DNA of 64,000 nucleotides from Oscillospiraceae bacterium (GTDB taxonomy: Bacteria; Bacillota; Clostridia; Oscillospirales; UBA929), in assembly GCA_009777475.1 (NCBI GenBank), contig WRLU01000007.1:6532-70531 (forward strand). The letters are read 5' to 3'. A program made the position numbers and the translations under genes. Numbering within the stretch: position 1 is the first letter of the stretch; every line of letters starts with the position of its first letter. Positions 47,465-56,724 of the stretch are shown here, piece by piece. The notes beneath the pieces are model-generated. The model ran no database searches. It was not told the origin of the DNA and saw only the letters and a list, made by a program, of their open reading frames with translations.

Positions 47465-48086
47465 GGGAATCGGCTGCGCTACGGCGTTAAGGTTTTTGTC
47501 CGCGGGACATCATGTTGTTGGAATTGACAAAAACAACCCGGCGATCAACCATGCCGAATACCAGCATATAGTCTGCGATATATGGGCAGACAGCCTCCCC
47601 GGCATTCCTGATGTAGATATTCTCATCAACAATGCCGGTCAGCAAAAAATGTCTATGGAGGACATTGACGTAAACCTTAAAAGCCTTATCAAGTGTACTG
47701 AAAAATACGGAATTAGGCAAGGCATCAAAGCTATTGTGAATATAGCATCTGTTTCGGGGCACAACGGTGCTGAATTCCCGGAATATGCCGCAAGTAAAGG
47801 AGGAGTACTTGCGTATACCAAAAATGTTGCTAACTCGGTAGCCGAGTTTGGTGCAACGTGCAACAGTATTTCCCCCGGCGGTGTATTGACAGAAAGCAAC
47901 AACCACATCATTAAAAACCCGCAGTTATGGGACAAGGTTATGAAGGAATGCCTCCTGCCTAAGTGGGCACTAGCTGAGGAAATTGCAGAATGGATTTATT
48001 TTATTGCGGTTGTGAACAAAAGCATGACCGGCCAGGATGTTGTGATAGATAACGGTGAGACGGCAAAGTTTAATTTTGTCTGGTAA
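47436..48086 (+). CDS. SDR-family oxidoreductase
   Basis: TGTSRGIG cofactor motif, NNAG and the YAASKGG catalytic YxxxK. Confidence 0.85.
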   Translation: MKILITGTSRGIGCATALRFLSAGHHVVGIDKNNPAINHAEYQHIVCDIWADSLPGIPDVDILINNAGQQKMSMEDIDVNLKSLIKCTEKYGIRQGIKAIVNIASVSGHNGAEFPEYAASKGGVLAYTKNVANSVAEFGATCNSISPGGVLTESNNHIIKNPQLWDKVMKECLLPKWALAEEIAEWIYFIAVVNKSMTGQDVVIDNGETAKFNFVW

Positions 48087-48116
48087 CAGGACCTCTATAC
48101 ACAAACCGCCGGGATG

Positions 48117-49499
48117 TTATACATATAAATCCCTCTCCCCATTTTTAATCCGGCGCAAAATTTCGCGTGTTCTTTCACGCATAGATTCATCAGTAATGCC
48201 ATCAAGCTGATCGGCAATTAGCTTGCCGGCTTTTTGTATTATTTCCTCGCTACCATAGTCGGCGGCGTATTCCGCTAAGGTTATCAGTGAATTGGGAAGG
48301 CAAAGGTTTTTAATATTTCCAGATTTTGCCATATCCATAAAGTACTCGCCTGTACGCCCTGAGCGGTAACAGGCGGTACAAAAACTGGGGATATTCCCCT
48401 GGCGTATCAAACATTCAATAATTTCAGATACCGGACGTTCATCATCAACATCAAATTGGGCGGCAACACCGGAGCCGGAGTAACCCCCAACTCCTGCGCG
48501 GCTCCCCCCGCTAAGCTGGGAAATGCCGCAGTCAATCAGCTTTTTCCGCATCCCGGGGGATTCCCTGGTTGAAATAATTATCCCGGTAAAGGGTACTGCC
48601 AAGCGAAGCACCGCCGCCGTACGCAAAAATTCTTGATCCGAGGGCATATACTGGGGAGCAAAGACCGAGCCTTGCGCGGGGCGGATGCGAGGCAGGGAAA
48701 TTGTATGGAATCCAACACCGTATTCCCTCTCTAAATGCTCATTGTGCAAAATCAGGGCTATTGCTTCAAATCTGGAGTCATACAGCCCAAATAAAACCCC
48801 TGCGCCTACATCGTCAAGTCCTGCCTCCATGGCACGGTCGAGGGCAGTAAGGTGGTACAAATAATCGGATTTTGGTCCGGCAGGGTGTACTGTCTCATAT
48901 GTCCGGCGGTGATAGGTCTCTTGAAAGAGGATATATGTCCCTATCCCCGCCTCTTTGAGCTTCCGATAGTCCTCAGTGCCAGTTGCGGCGATATTTACGT
49001 TGACCCTGCGTATATCTCCGGACTTGTGTTTTTCTGAATAAATAGTTTTCAGAGCATCTACAACATACTCTATGGGGCAAGCATCAGGATCCTCCCCCGC
49101 TTCAAGGGCGAGTCGCTTATGACCCATAGCCTCCAAGGCACGCACCTCGGCGCGTATTTGCTCCTGAGAAAGTTTTTTCCGGGAAAATCCCCTGCCATGC
49201 CGAAAGGAGCAATAGAGGCAGCTGTTAACACATAAATCGCTGATATACAACGGCGCGAACAGTACTATCCTGTCACCGTAAACCTGCTCGCGCACCTGCT
49301 TTGCAGCCTCAAAAATGCGCTGGATTTGCTCTTGGCTTCCGGTTGACAGCAGTGCGGCTGTTTCTTGATGAGTCAGGCCCTTTAATTTTAAGGCCTTGTC
49401 TAAAATATCGCCGAAAGCCGCACCGGGGATATCCCGGGTATCCCCTAAAAGCCTATGTATGTATTCTTCGTCAATAAATTGCAGACTCTCATTGCTCAT
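48117..49499 (-). CDS. hydG: Radical-SAM [FeFe]-hydrogenase maturase HydG
   Basis: CVNSCLYCSF (CX3CX2C), a ThiH-like core and a C-terminal extension with FCTACYRSGRTG. The 460-aa size fits HydG rather than ThiH. Confidence 0.8.
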   Translation of the reverse strand: MSNESLQFIDEEYIHRLLGDTRDIPGAAFGDILDKALKLKGLTHQETAALLSTGSQEQIQRIFEAAKQVREQVYGDRIVLFAPLYISDLCVNSCLYCSFRHGRGFSRKKLSQEQIRAEVRALEAMGHKRLALEAGEDPDACPIEYVVDALKTIYSEKHKSGDIRRVNVNIAATGTEDYRKLKEAGIGTYILFQETYHRRTYETVHPAGPKSDYLYHLTALDRAMEAGLDDVGAGVLFGLYDSRFEAIALILHNEHLEREYGVGFHTISLPRIRPAQGSVFAPQYMPSDQEFLRTAAVLRLAVPFTGIIISTRESPGMRKKLIDCGISQLSGGSRAGVGGYSGSGVAAQFDVDDERPVSEIIECLIRQGNIPSFCTACYRSGRTGEYFMDMAKSGNIKNLCLPNSLITLAEYAADYGSEEIIQKAGKLIADQLDGITDESMRERTREILRRIKNGERDLYV

Positions 49500-49632
49500 A
49501 AGGACTCACTCCCCCTGTTTTAGATTTGTAAAAGCTTGCCCCCTCCACTATACATCACCAGTGAAAGAAAAACAAGAGACAATAAACCGGGATAACCGCT
49601 GGCGTCTGATTGTTCCATATTGCCAGTCACCT

Positions 49633-50466
49633 TTAACTAAATATATCCGCGTCATTTAGTTTTGTGCGGTTAATGCGCGAAAAATCCACGCGTGTGAAAA
49701 CAATTGCAGATAATGTTAAAAACAAAGCCCCAAAAGCAATTACAATGAACATACTTATCAAAGGAGTTATGGTAAATCCACCTATCTCAAAGGCAATGCC
49801 CTCGGCAACCATTTCTCCCTTTGGCAACCCCATCTTTTCAAGGATTACCGCCCTGAAAAATGCTATAGTATAAGTCAAAGGATTGAAGTAGGCGATTTTT
49901 TGCAGTGCTGCAGGCAGAATAGCCAAAGGAACATACGCGCCGCACAAAAACATCATTGGCATCTGCACAACCATCCCAACAACTTGGTATGTCTGCGCGT
50001 TTTTAACAACGCTGGCTAAAAACAGTCCCAAGCCGCCAAAAACAAAGCCTATGGCTATTATTGCCACCAATGCAAACAGCGGTGTAAATACATTTGTATA
50101 CCTAAGACCCAAAAACCATCCTAAAATCATCACCGGAACAGACTGTGCAACCGCTATGGTAGCTGCCGCCAGCAGCTGACCAACGGCAATATGACTGCGC
50201 TTTACAGGGCTTACAAGCACCTCTTTCATGAAGCCTGATACAATGTCGGTTATGGTTGATGATGAAAGGGCAAGTGCCGTTCCAAAGGCATTTACAATTA
50301 TTATGCCTGCTAGCATATAGCTCATAGGGTTATCGCTCTGCAAGCTAAATATTGAGCTGAAAATATACATAAAGAAAAACGGTGCGATCAGTGTAAAAAT
50401 CAGCTGTACTCTATTACGGGCAAATGTTTTTAGATTACGTACCCATAAACTTACAATCACTCTCAT
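49633..50466 (-). CDS. ABC-2 type transporter permease
   Basis: Six hydrophobic segments, and it is translationally coupled to the ATPase gene upstream. Confidence 0.85.
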   Translation of the reverse strand: MRVIVSLWVRNLKTFARNRVQLIFTLIAPFFFMYIFSSIFSLQSDNPMSYMLAGIIIVNAFGTALALSSSTITDIVSGFMKEVLVSPVKRSHIAVGQLLAAATIAVAQSVPVMILGWFLGLRYTNVFTPLFALVAIIAIGFVFGGLGLFLASVVKNAQTYQVVGMVVQMPMMFLCGAYVPLAILPAALQKIAYFNPLTYTIAFFRAVILEKMGLPKGEMVAEGIAFEIGGFTITPLISMFIVIAFGALFLTLSAIVFTRVDFSRINRTKLNDADIFS

Positions 50467-51410
50467 TATACTTTGTCCTCCTTATTCCCCATATCGGCCT
50501 GGCGTATATCCTTGCCCGTGATAGCAATAAAAACATCGTTAAGTGTACCCTTTTTGACCTCCAGCTCGCCTATAAACCTCTTTTGATCACTCAAAAGATC
50601 TAAAAGAGTACTGATATTATCCACCTCAATGGAATAATGGGTGCCCTTATTTTTGTACACAAAGTTGTGTTTTTGTAAAAAACACTCTAATTCAGTGCTG
50701 TTTGATGTGTTTATGTACGCCTTGTCTTTAGTATATTTCTTTTTGAGGTTAAAGGGGGTATCCATTGCCACAATTTCACCATTGTCTATAATTGCCGCCA
50801 TGTGCGAAATCTCCGCCTCGTCCATGTAATGCGTTGTGAGGAAAATAGTCATATTTTCATCCCTCTGTAGCTTTACAATATAATCCCAGATATGCGCTCT
50901 GGTCTGTGGGTCTAACCCGGTGGTAGGCTCATCTAGGAAGAGAACCTTAGGCTTGTGCAGCAAGCCCCTGGCAATCTCGACACGGCGTTTCATTCCGCCT
51001 GAAAGGCTTGATACTATAGCATTTCTCCATTTTTGCAAATCCACAATGCCCAATGCAAAGTCAATACGTTCTGCCACCTCATTTTTAGGAACGGCATAAA
51101 AACAGCAGTGCATTTTTAAATTTTCATCCACCGTCATTTTCGTATCAAGGGTACTGTCTTGAAAAACTACGCCAATTGCAGCCCTTACAGCATCCTTTTG
51201 GGTTGTTGTATCTTTGCCATCGATCAGCAGGGTTCCCGATGTTTTATCAAATATTGTAACAAGAGTGTTTATTGTTGTGCTTTTTCCGGCCCCATTAGGT
51301 CCCAGAAAGGCAAAAATACTACCCTCGGCAACATTAAACGAGATATTCTTAACAGCCGTAAACTGCCCATATTGTTTTGTGAAGTTTTTTACTTCAATAG
51401 CATTTTTCAT
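50466..51410 (-). CDS. ABC transporter ATP-binding protein (DrrA-like)
   Basis: GPNGAGKST, LSGGMKRR and LFLDEPTTGLD. Confidence 0.93.
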   Translation of the reverse strand: MKNAIEVKNFTKQYGQFTAVKNISFNVAEGSIFAFLGPNGAGKSTTINTLVTIFDKTSGTLLIDGKDTTTQKDAVRAAIGVVFQDSTLDTKMTVDENLKMHCCFYAVPKNEVAERIDFALGIVDLQKWRNAIVSSLSGGMKRRVEIARGLLHKPKVLFLDEPTTGLDPQTRAHIWDYIVKLQRDENMTIFLTTHYMDEAEISHMAAIIDNGEIVAMDTPFNLKKKYTKDKAYINTSNSTELECFLQKHNFVYKNKGTHYSIEVDNISTLLDLLSDQKRFIGELEVKKGTLNDVFIAITGKDIRQADMGNKEDKV

Positions 51411-51424
51411 AAAAAAATCTCCCT

Positions 51425-52159
51425 TTATACAAACTTGACCTCAATTCCGCCCAATGTGACACTACCTGTAAGTGTTAGCAGTGGAGGATTTTCACATGGC
51501 GAGTCAAATCTATTGTCTATCTCAACGCCGCCAAGCGTACAACTCATTTTATCTATTATCTGCCAATGCCGCGGAACAACAATTTCAATGCCTCCAAAAT
51601 TGCAATTTATATTCATAACAGCACCATATGGACTAAGCTGTGCCTGATCGAAAAAAACTTCAATCGCACCAAAATTGCAATGCAGCTGTATCGTTTCCAA
51701 GCAGTCAGAGTGTAAATATTGGCTTACCCCGCCAAAATCGGCACTGATTGATGGGTTTCTGTCATTATCTATACCTGGGTTCAGTTTATTGCCGTTTTTA
51801 TGCTTTCCTGTATGAACACCTCCAAAGCACACACTGTTTTTGTTAAAATGCTTTCGCGGAAGAAGTATGTTCAGACCGATACAGGCAAGCAGGGCAGTTA
51901 GCCCTAAAGCCCATGGAGCTATATAGGGCAAACCAAGCTGTTTATGGAATAAAATATACAGCACCGCAATAGGGAAAGGGAGCGGGGCAAAAGACAGCCG
52001 TGCCGCACACTGCACAAAAAAAGCTACCGCTAAAAAAGCAGCAACAATGCCTAGCGCACCTACGTTGTAAAAGCTTCCCCTATGAAGCTGGTTATACAGC
52101 ACAAGCATTGCAGCAAGAAGCATAAATGTACCCCATAGCCAATTAAAATTTTTTTTCAT
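51425..52159 (-). CDS. LiaF/DUF2154-like membrane protein
   Basis: N-terminal TM segments and C-terminal repeated GG(I/V)E(I/V) beta-strand motifs. ATGA overlap with the LytTR gene. Confidence 0.65.
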   Translation of the reverse strand: MKKNFNWLWGTFMLLAAMLVLYNQLHRGSFYNVGALGIVAAFLAVAFFVQCAARLSFAPLPFPIAVLYILFHKQLGLPYIAPWALGLTALLACIGLNILLPRKHFNKNSVCFGGVHTGKHKNGNKLNPGIDNDRNPSISADFGGVSQYLHSDCLETIQLHCNFGAIEVFFDQAQLSPYGAVMNINCNFGGIEIVVPRHWQIIDKMSCTLGGVEIDNRFDSPCENPPLLTLTGSVTLGGIEVKFV

Positions 52160-52611
52160 ACTGATGAACTCCTTTCTTCTAATTTTTGTTTAAGAGATTT
52201 GTAATAGTGCCGTGATGCATAAACATTTTTGTAGGTCCCTGAAAACTGTATCTTGCTTGCCGAGGCTAAGTTGCGGTTGATTGCATAAATCATCAATGTG
52301 TTAACAATGGCACCTTTTGCAGCTCTGACAAAATAAGCGGGAAGCAGACGTTCAAGGGCATACAGTCTGTGTTTTACCGTAAAGACATCCTTAGCCGTAT
52401 GTGCGTATACTCTGTCACCGTCTGTTTCAAAAAAGAATATAGATTCAACCGGAAAATAAAATTCCTTTTCGCCCTTGTAAAAGGTCATCTCGTCAGAGCA
52501 GAGGTTATGTATACGCTCCTGCAGCCTTTGAGCAGCTCCATCTTCCGCACCGCATCGTATAATTACTTCAGGCTCCACAATCCCTTCAAGCACCTCAATA
52601 CTTATTTTCAC
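52156..52611 (-). CDS. LytTR-family DNA-binding protein (no receiver domain)
   Basis: IFFFETDGDRVYAHTAKDVFTVKHRLYALERLLPAYFVRAAKGAIVN is a LytTR domain. GTG start has RBS GGAGGTGGGG. Confidence 0.85.
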   Translation of the reverse strand: MKISIEVLEGIVEPEVIIRCGAEDGAAQRLQERIHNLCSDEMTFYKGEKEFYFPVESIFFFETDGDRVYAHTAKDVFTVKHRLYALERLLPAYFVRAAKGAIVNTLMIYAINRNLASASKIQFSGTYKNVYASRHYYKSLKQKLEERSSSV

Positions 52612-52745
52612 ACAAACCCCACCTCCATTCTACCACGGTAGCCATATTCTATCAGCAGGCAAAGACAAATACAATAGAAAAACCGCAAGAGGCAGTATTT
52701 CAGCGTCAAGAGGTAAGGAGAGGATTAAACAGAAGCTCTAGGTAT

Positions 52746-52838
52746 TTATCCACAAAACTCTGTGGATTGTTAAAAACACCTTTTTCTCCACTTTTTAGCT
52801 TATGTGGATAAGTACAGCTAAATACATTCTTGTCCACA
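52746..52838. promoter_or_regulatory. DnaA-box cluster
   Basis: TTATCCACA (52746-52754, perfect), TGTGGATTG (52761-52769, 2 mismatches), TGTGGATAA (52803-52811, perfect, inverted) and TTGTCCACA (52830-52838, 1 mismatch). Confidence 0.7.
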
Positions 52839-52875
52839 TAACCGTGTTAATAAAAAAGCCCCTGCCCTTCTGCAA

Positions 52876-52960
52876 TTTACTTACTTTTCAACAATTCACA
52901 TATACAATAGAAATAAAAAAAACAATAAATATCTTATATATATATTATTTATTCAGACTC
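52876..52960. other. A+T-rich tract next to the DnaA boxes (possible unwinding element)
   Basis: TTTACTTACTTTTCAACAATTCACATATACAATAGAAATAAAAAAAACAATAAATATCTTATATATATATTATTTATT. Confidence 0.45.
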
Positions 52961-53050
52961 AACGTTCCCAATGCAAAAGAAAAAGCGTCGCTATGGTGCT
53001 TTTTCGGAATAGAAGTCCATTAGGACTATTACCGGCAGTGATACGCCAGG

Positions 53051-53908
53051 CTACACCGGATATCCTATGAAGGTGGCACTATATTCGCGCCGCAGTTGAT
53101 TATAGGCGTTTTGTGCAGCACTTTCTTTGGCAAATAGGCCGAACATTGATGGTCCCGAGCCACTCATAGCCGCACCCATGGCATCGTTCTGAAGATATAC
53201 GTCCCGGATTTCGCCAAGTGCTGTTTTTTTTGAAGCCTGAAATTCCTCAAATACATTGAACATACGCCTGGCAAGACTTTTAATGCTTCCATCCCTTATT
53301 GCCTGTTCCAAGCCATGCCAGTCGGGGCGGCGGCAAAGCGAGTGGGCGTTTATGGATGAATATGCTTCCTTTGTTGAAATAGCAACTGGTGGGCAGCAAA
53401 TTACAAATACACATTCAGGAAGCTTTCCCAGGCCGATGAGTATTTCGCCCTTCCCTTCGGCCAGGCACAAGCCGCCCTGATAACAATAGGGGACATCTGA
53501 GCCGATTTCCAGTGCCCATTCCATCATAGTTTCATGGGGTGTAGGGTCGCAAAAATACTCCTTCAAGGCACGCAGAACGGCGGCGGCATCACTGCTTCCG
53601 CCTCCTAATCCGGCACAAATTGGTATATTTTTTTTAATATGTATGTTGATTCCTAAATTGGCACGTCTAGTCCGAGATAAAAATATCTCCGCCGCCTGAC
53701 CGGCTAAATTCCGCCTCCCGCCAACCAGGCCTGCCAAATTGGAACGCACCGTGATGCGCCTGTCCTGGGTTATGTTAATTGACAGCTCATCATACAGCGA
53801 TACCGATTGCATAATCATGCGCAGATCATGGTATCCGTCCTGCCTTTTTCGCAAAACGTCCAGAGCAAGATTCAACTTGGCTGGTGCTTTGACCTGTATA
53901 TCCGGCAT
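53051..53908 (-). CDS. ispE: 4-diphosphocytidyl-2-C-methyl-D-erythritol kinase
   Basis: APAKLNLAL start and the GHMP kinase motif PICAGLGGGSSDAAA. Confidence 0.93.
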   Translation of the reverse strand: MPDIQVKAPAKLNLALDVLRKRQDGYHDLRMIMQSVSLYDELSINITQDRRITVRSNLAGLVGGRRNLAGQAAEIFLSRTRRANLGINIHIKKNIPICAGLGGGSSDAAAVLRALKEYFCDPTPHETMMEWALEIGSDVPYCYQGGLCLAEGKGEILIGLGKLPECVFVICCPPVAISTKEAYSSINAHSLCRRPDWHGLEQAIRDGSIKSLARRMFNVFEEFQASKKTALGEIRDVYLQNDAMGAAMSGSGPSMFGLFAKESAAQNAYNQLRREYSATFIGYPV

Positions 53909-54010
53909 AGTTTACCCCCTCCCCTTTCTTGATAGCAACTAAATTTCGACTGAAAAAATCAGCCCCCTGGTGATATGCTCCTGTCATATTGAAGACAGGA
54001 GGCCGAGTTT

Positions 54011-55087
54011 ATGAAAATATTAAATGATCCGGTTTGGTATAAAAGAATATTAGCCTGGTCGGCGATTGTGATAGGAGGCTGTTTGTTTTTTAAGTTTTTT
54101 CTGCCCTTTGTGCTTCCCCTTCTTATAGGCGTGCTGATTGCCTGCATGATGGAACCGGCGGTAAAAGTCCTGCAATCTAAATTTCGCTTGCCGCGCTTTG
54201 CCGGGGCAGGCTTGGTCATGGTACTCGGTATAGGAGCAGGTATATTTTTAATCCACAGGATAGTGAGAAGAATTTTAGCTGAGGCCGGCACACTTATAGA
54301 TCAAGCACCTAGACTTATGGGCAAGCTTTCATCCCCATTTCAAAGATGGCAGGAAAATATAACTGCCTGGATACAGTCAATGCCGCCGCCGCTCAAAGGT
54401 ACCTTTGAATCTGCATATGACCAGGTGCTTAAAGAGAGTTCAGCCTTGCCTGGTGAAGTCTATAACACCGCAGCGGGATGGATACCGGAGCTTGCCGGTT
54501 CCCTGCCGTCGGCCATATTGTTTCTATTTACCCTGATTCTTTCGGCGTTTTTAATTTCGGGTGAATATCCCAGACTGTCACAAAAAGCCCTGAATCTCTT
54601 TCCCGAAGCTCTTAGCAGTAAAGTCCTAGGCTTAAAAAACCAGACCATCAAAACCTTGGGTAAATGGGCTAAAGCGCAGGGGATTATGATGGGCCTCACC
54701 TTTCTGCTGCTACTGTCGGGATTTGCCATACTCAGGTTAGATGCTATATTCGTCCCGGCACTGCTAATATCCTTAATTGATGCACTCCCGGTATTAGGGC
54801 TTGGGATTTGCCTTCTGCCATGGGCAGGGGTAGCATTTTTAACAGGGGACATTGAGACAGCGATAGGATTGCTGATTGTATACGGCACGGCTGTTGTCAT
54901 ACGCGGGGTATTAGAACCCAAGCTCATAGGCTCCCAGCTGGGGATGAAAGCCTTGACCACCGTTGCCGCAATGTATATAGGGTTTAAAGCAGGCGGTGTG
55001 GTGGGCATAATACTGTTCCCTATTTTTGCTGTCGTTGGCAAGCAGATATGGCTCTCATTCAGTGACCGTCCGCCGCCAGCCAGCTAA
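54011..55087 (+). CDS. ytvI: AI-2E/PerM-family membrane protein (sporulation YtvI-like)
   Basis: About 8 TM segments with the family-typical ...IDALPVLGLG... region. Confidence 0.75.
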   Translation: MKILNDPVWYKRILAWSAIVIGGCLFFKFFLPFVLPLLIGVLIACMMEPAVKVLQSKFRLPRFAGAGLVMVLGIGAGIFLIHRIVRRILAEAGTLIDQAPRLMGKLSSPFQRWQENITAWIQSMPPPLKGTFESAYDQVLKESSALPGEVYNTAAGWIPELAGSLPSAILFLFTLILSAFLISGEYPRLSQKALNLFPEALSSKVLGLKNQTIKTLGKWAKAQGIMMGLTFLLLLSGFAILRLDAIFVPALLISLIDALPVLGLGICLLPWAGVAFLTGDIETAIGLLIVYGTAVVIRGVLEPKLIGSQLGMKALTTVAAMYIGFKAGGVVGIILFPIFAVVGKQIWLSFSDRPPPAS

Positions 55088-55098
55088 AGAGATAAATA

Positions 55099-56457
55099 TT
55101 AACCGAAAAACTCAGCGTACAACGAGCGGACCGCCTCCCTGTCATCGGAACCCTTGACAGCAAAGGCCATGCTGACCTCAGAGGAACCCTGGGTAATCAT
55201 TTCAATATTTATTCCCGCCCTGGCAATAGCAGAGGCGGCGCGGGCCGCGATGCCTACAGAACGCGACATACCCTCTCCTGCAACTGTAATCATAGACAAA
55301 TCATAGGCAAAATCCACTTTTTCTACATTCAGCTCGGTGAAAAGCCGCTTTGTAATGCTGCTCTTGGCTTCATCTGTTAACTGAGCCTGCTTGAAAACAA
55401 CCGACATATCATCAATCCCCGTTGGTGTATGGTCGTATGAGATGCCGTTTTCCTCTATTATTTGTAGTACATGGCGACCAAAACCGTACTCATGGTTCAT
55501 CAGATACTTGCTGATATACATACAGCAAAAATCACCATCGTTAGCAATTCCGGCAATGGGCGCACCCGCGCAATCTCTTTCTAAGACAATTCGTGTTCCC
55601 ATACAGGAGGGGTTGTTGACATTTCTTACATTAACCGGAATACCGCGTTTATAAACCGGCAGCAACGCCTCCTCCTGATATACCGCAAATCCGGCACTTG
55701 AAAGCTCACGCATCTCGCGGTAGGTAATCTCTAAAATAGGATCGGGATTTTCGGCAATTTTTGGGTTCACTCTGTAAACATAATCAACATCAGTAAAGTT
55801 TTCATATACCTTGGCATTGACAGCCGCCGTCAAAATGGATCCAGTAATGTCTGACCCACCCCTGGGAAATGTTGCTATATCCCCCTTTTGGGTTGTACCG
55901 AAAAATCCGGGGAAGATTGTGAGATAATCCTTGCCAGCCAAAGCAGACAGGCTTTTGTAAGATTCTTCAAGTAATCGGGCATTGCCAAAGTCGTCTGTCA
56001 GCCGCATGCCTGCCTGACCCGGGTTGATATATTTAGCATCATTTCCGGTCTTTCTCAGATAAGCCGCTACCAATTTTGCCGTGGTATCCTCACCAGCTGC
56101 TTTAAGGGCATCCATAAACATACCTGAATGTGCCCTGCTCAAGGTCAGCAGCTTTTCCAAATCAGCCCGCAGTGCCGGAAGCTCCTCCGGTATTCCCAAG
56201 CCGGCTGTAATATCGTCAAACCGGCTTACAACAGCATCAAGCTCAGGCCGCCCATCATTGCCGCCTAAGCAGGCATTTGCCAGATCAATCAGTAAGTCGG
56301 TTACTTTTATATCACTGTCACTCCGTTTTCCGGGGGCGGACACAACCACAATGCGCCGGGAGGGATCCGCTAAAACAACATCACATACCTTTTTAATCTG
56401 GTCGGCATCCGCCAACGATGTGCCTCCGAATTTGCACACTTTCATGTAAAATATCAT
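55099..56457 (-). CDS. Aspartate kinase
   Basis: KFGGTSLAD, VVVVSAPG and C-terminal ACT domains. ATG 56445 (MKVCKFGGTS) is an alternative start. Confidence 0.93.
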   Translation of the reverse strand: MIFYMKVCKFGGTSLADADQIKKVCDVVLADPSRRIVVVSAPGKRSDSDIKVTDLLIDLANACLGGNDGRPELDAVVSRFDDITAGLGIPEELPALRADLEKLLTLSRAHSGMFMDALKAAGEDTTAKLVAAYLRKTGNDAKYINPGQAGMRLTDDFGNARLLEESYKSLSALAGKDYLTIFPGFFGTTQKGDIATFPRGGSDITGSILTAAVNAKVYENFTDVDYVYRVNPKIAENPDPILEITYREMRELSSAGFAVYQEEALLPVYKRGIPVNVRNVNNPSCMGTRIVLERDCAGAPIAGIANDGDFCCMYISKYLMNHEYGFGRHVLQIIEENGISYDHTPTGIDDMSVVFKQAQLTDEAKSSITKRLFTELNVEKVDFAYDLSMITVAGEGMSRSVGIAARAASAIARAGINIEMITQGSSEVSMAFAVKGSDDREAVRSLYAEFFG

Positions 56458-56655
56458 TCCTCTCCTTCAATGTACCCACTAAATGACTTTGATTTAGATT
56501 TTATCATATGTTATCCCCTGTGTCAAACTGCATAAAAGCTTTACAAAACGGTTCAAGTTACTGCTCGCACTAATTTCAAGGCATGGCCATGACCCATTCA
56601 AGGGTGTGGAGGATTTTGTTTTCAAATTTCCCTACGGATTTTTTCAGAAAAAGTA

Positions 56656-56684
56656 TTGACAAGGGAGGCACAATCTGACATAAT
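56656..56684 (+). promoter_or_regulatory. Sigma-A promoter of the giant surface-protein gene
   Basis: TTGACA, a 17-nt spacer, then CATAAT. Confidence 0.55.
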
Positions 56685-56724
56685 TGGATTGTTAGGATTT
56701 TGTCATGGGAGGCAGACAAATATT

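Noticed and set aside
56458-56655. Possible lysine riboswitch upstream of aspartate kinase.
   Set aside because: I found no L-box conserved segments or multi-stem junction, and the region is short and A+T-rich.
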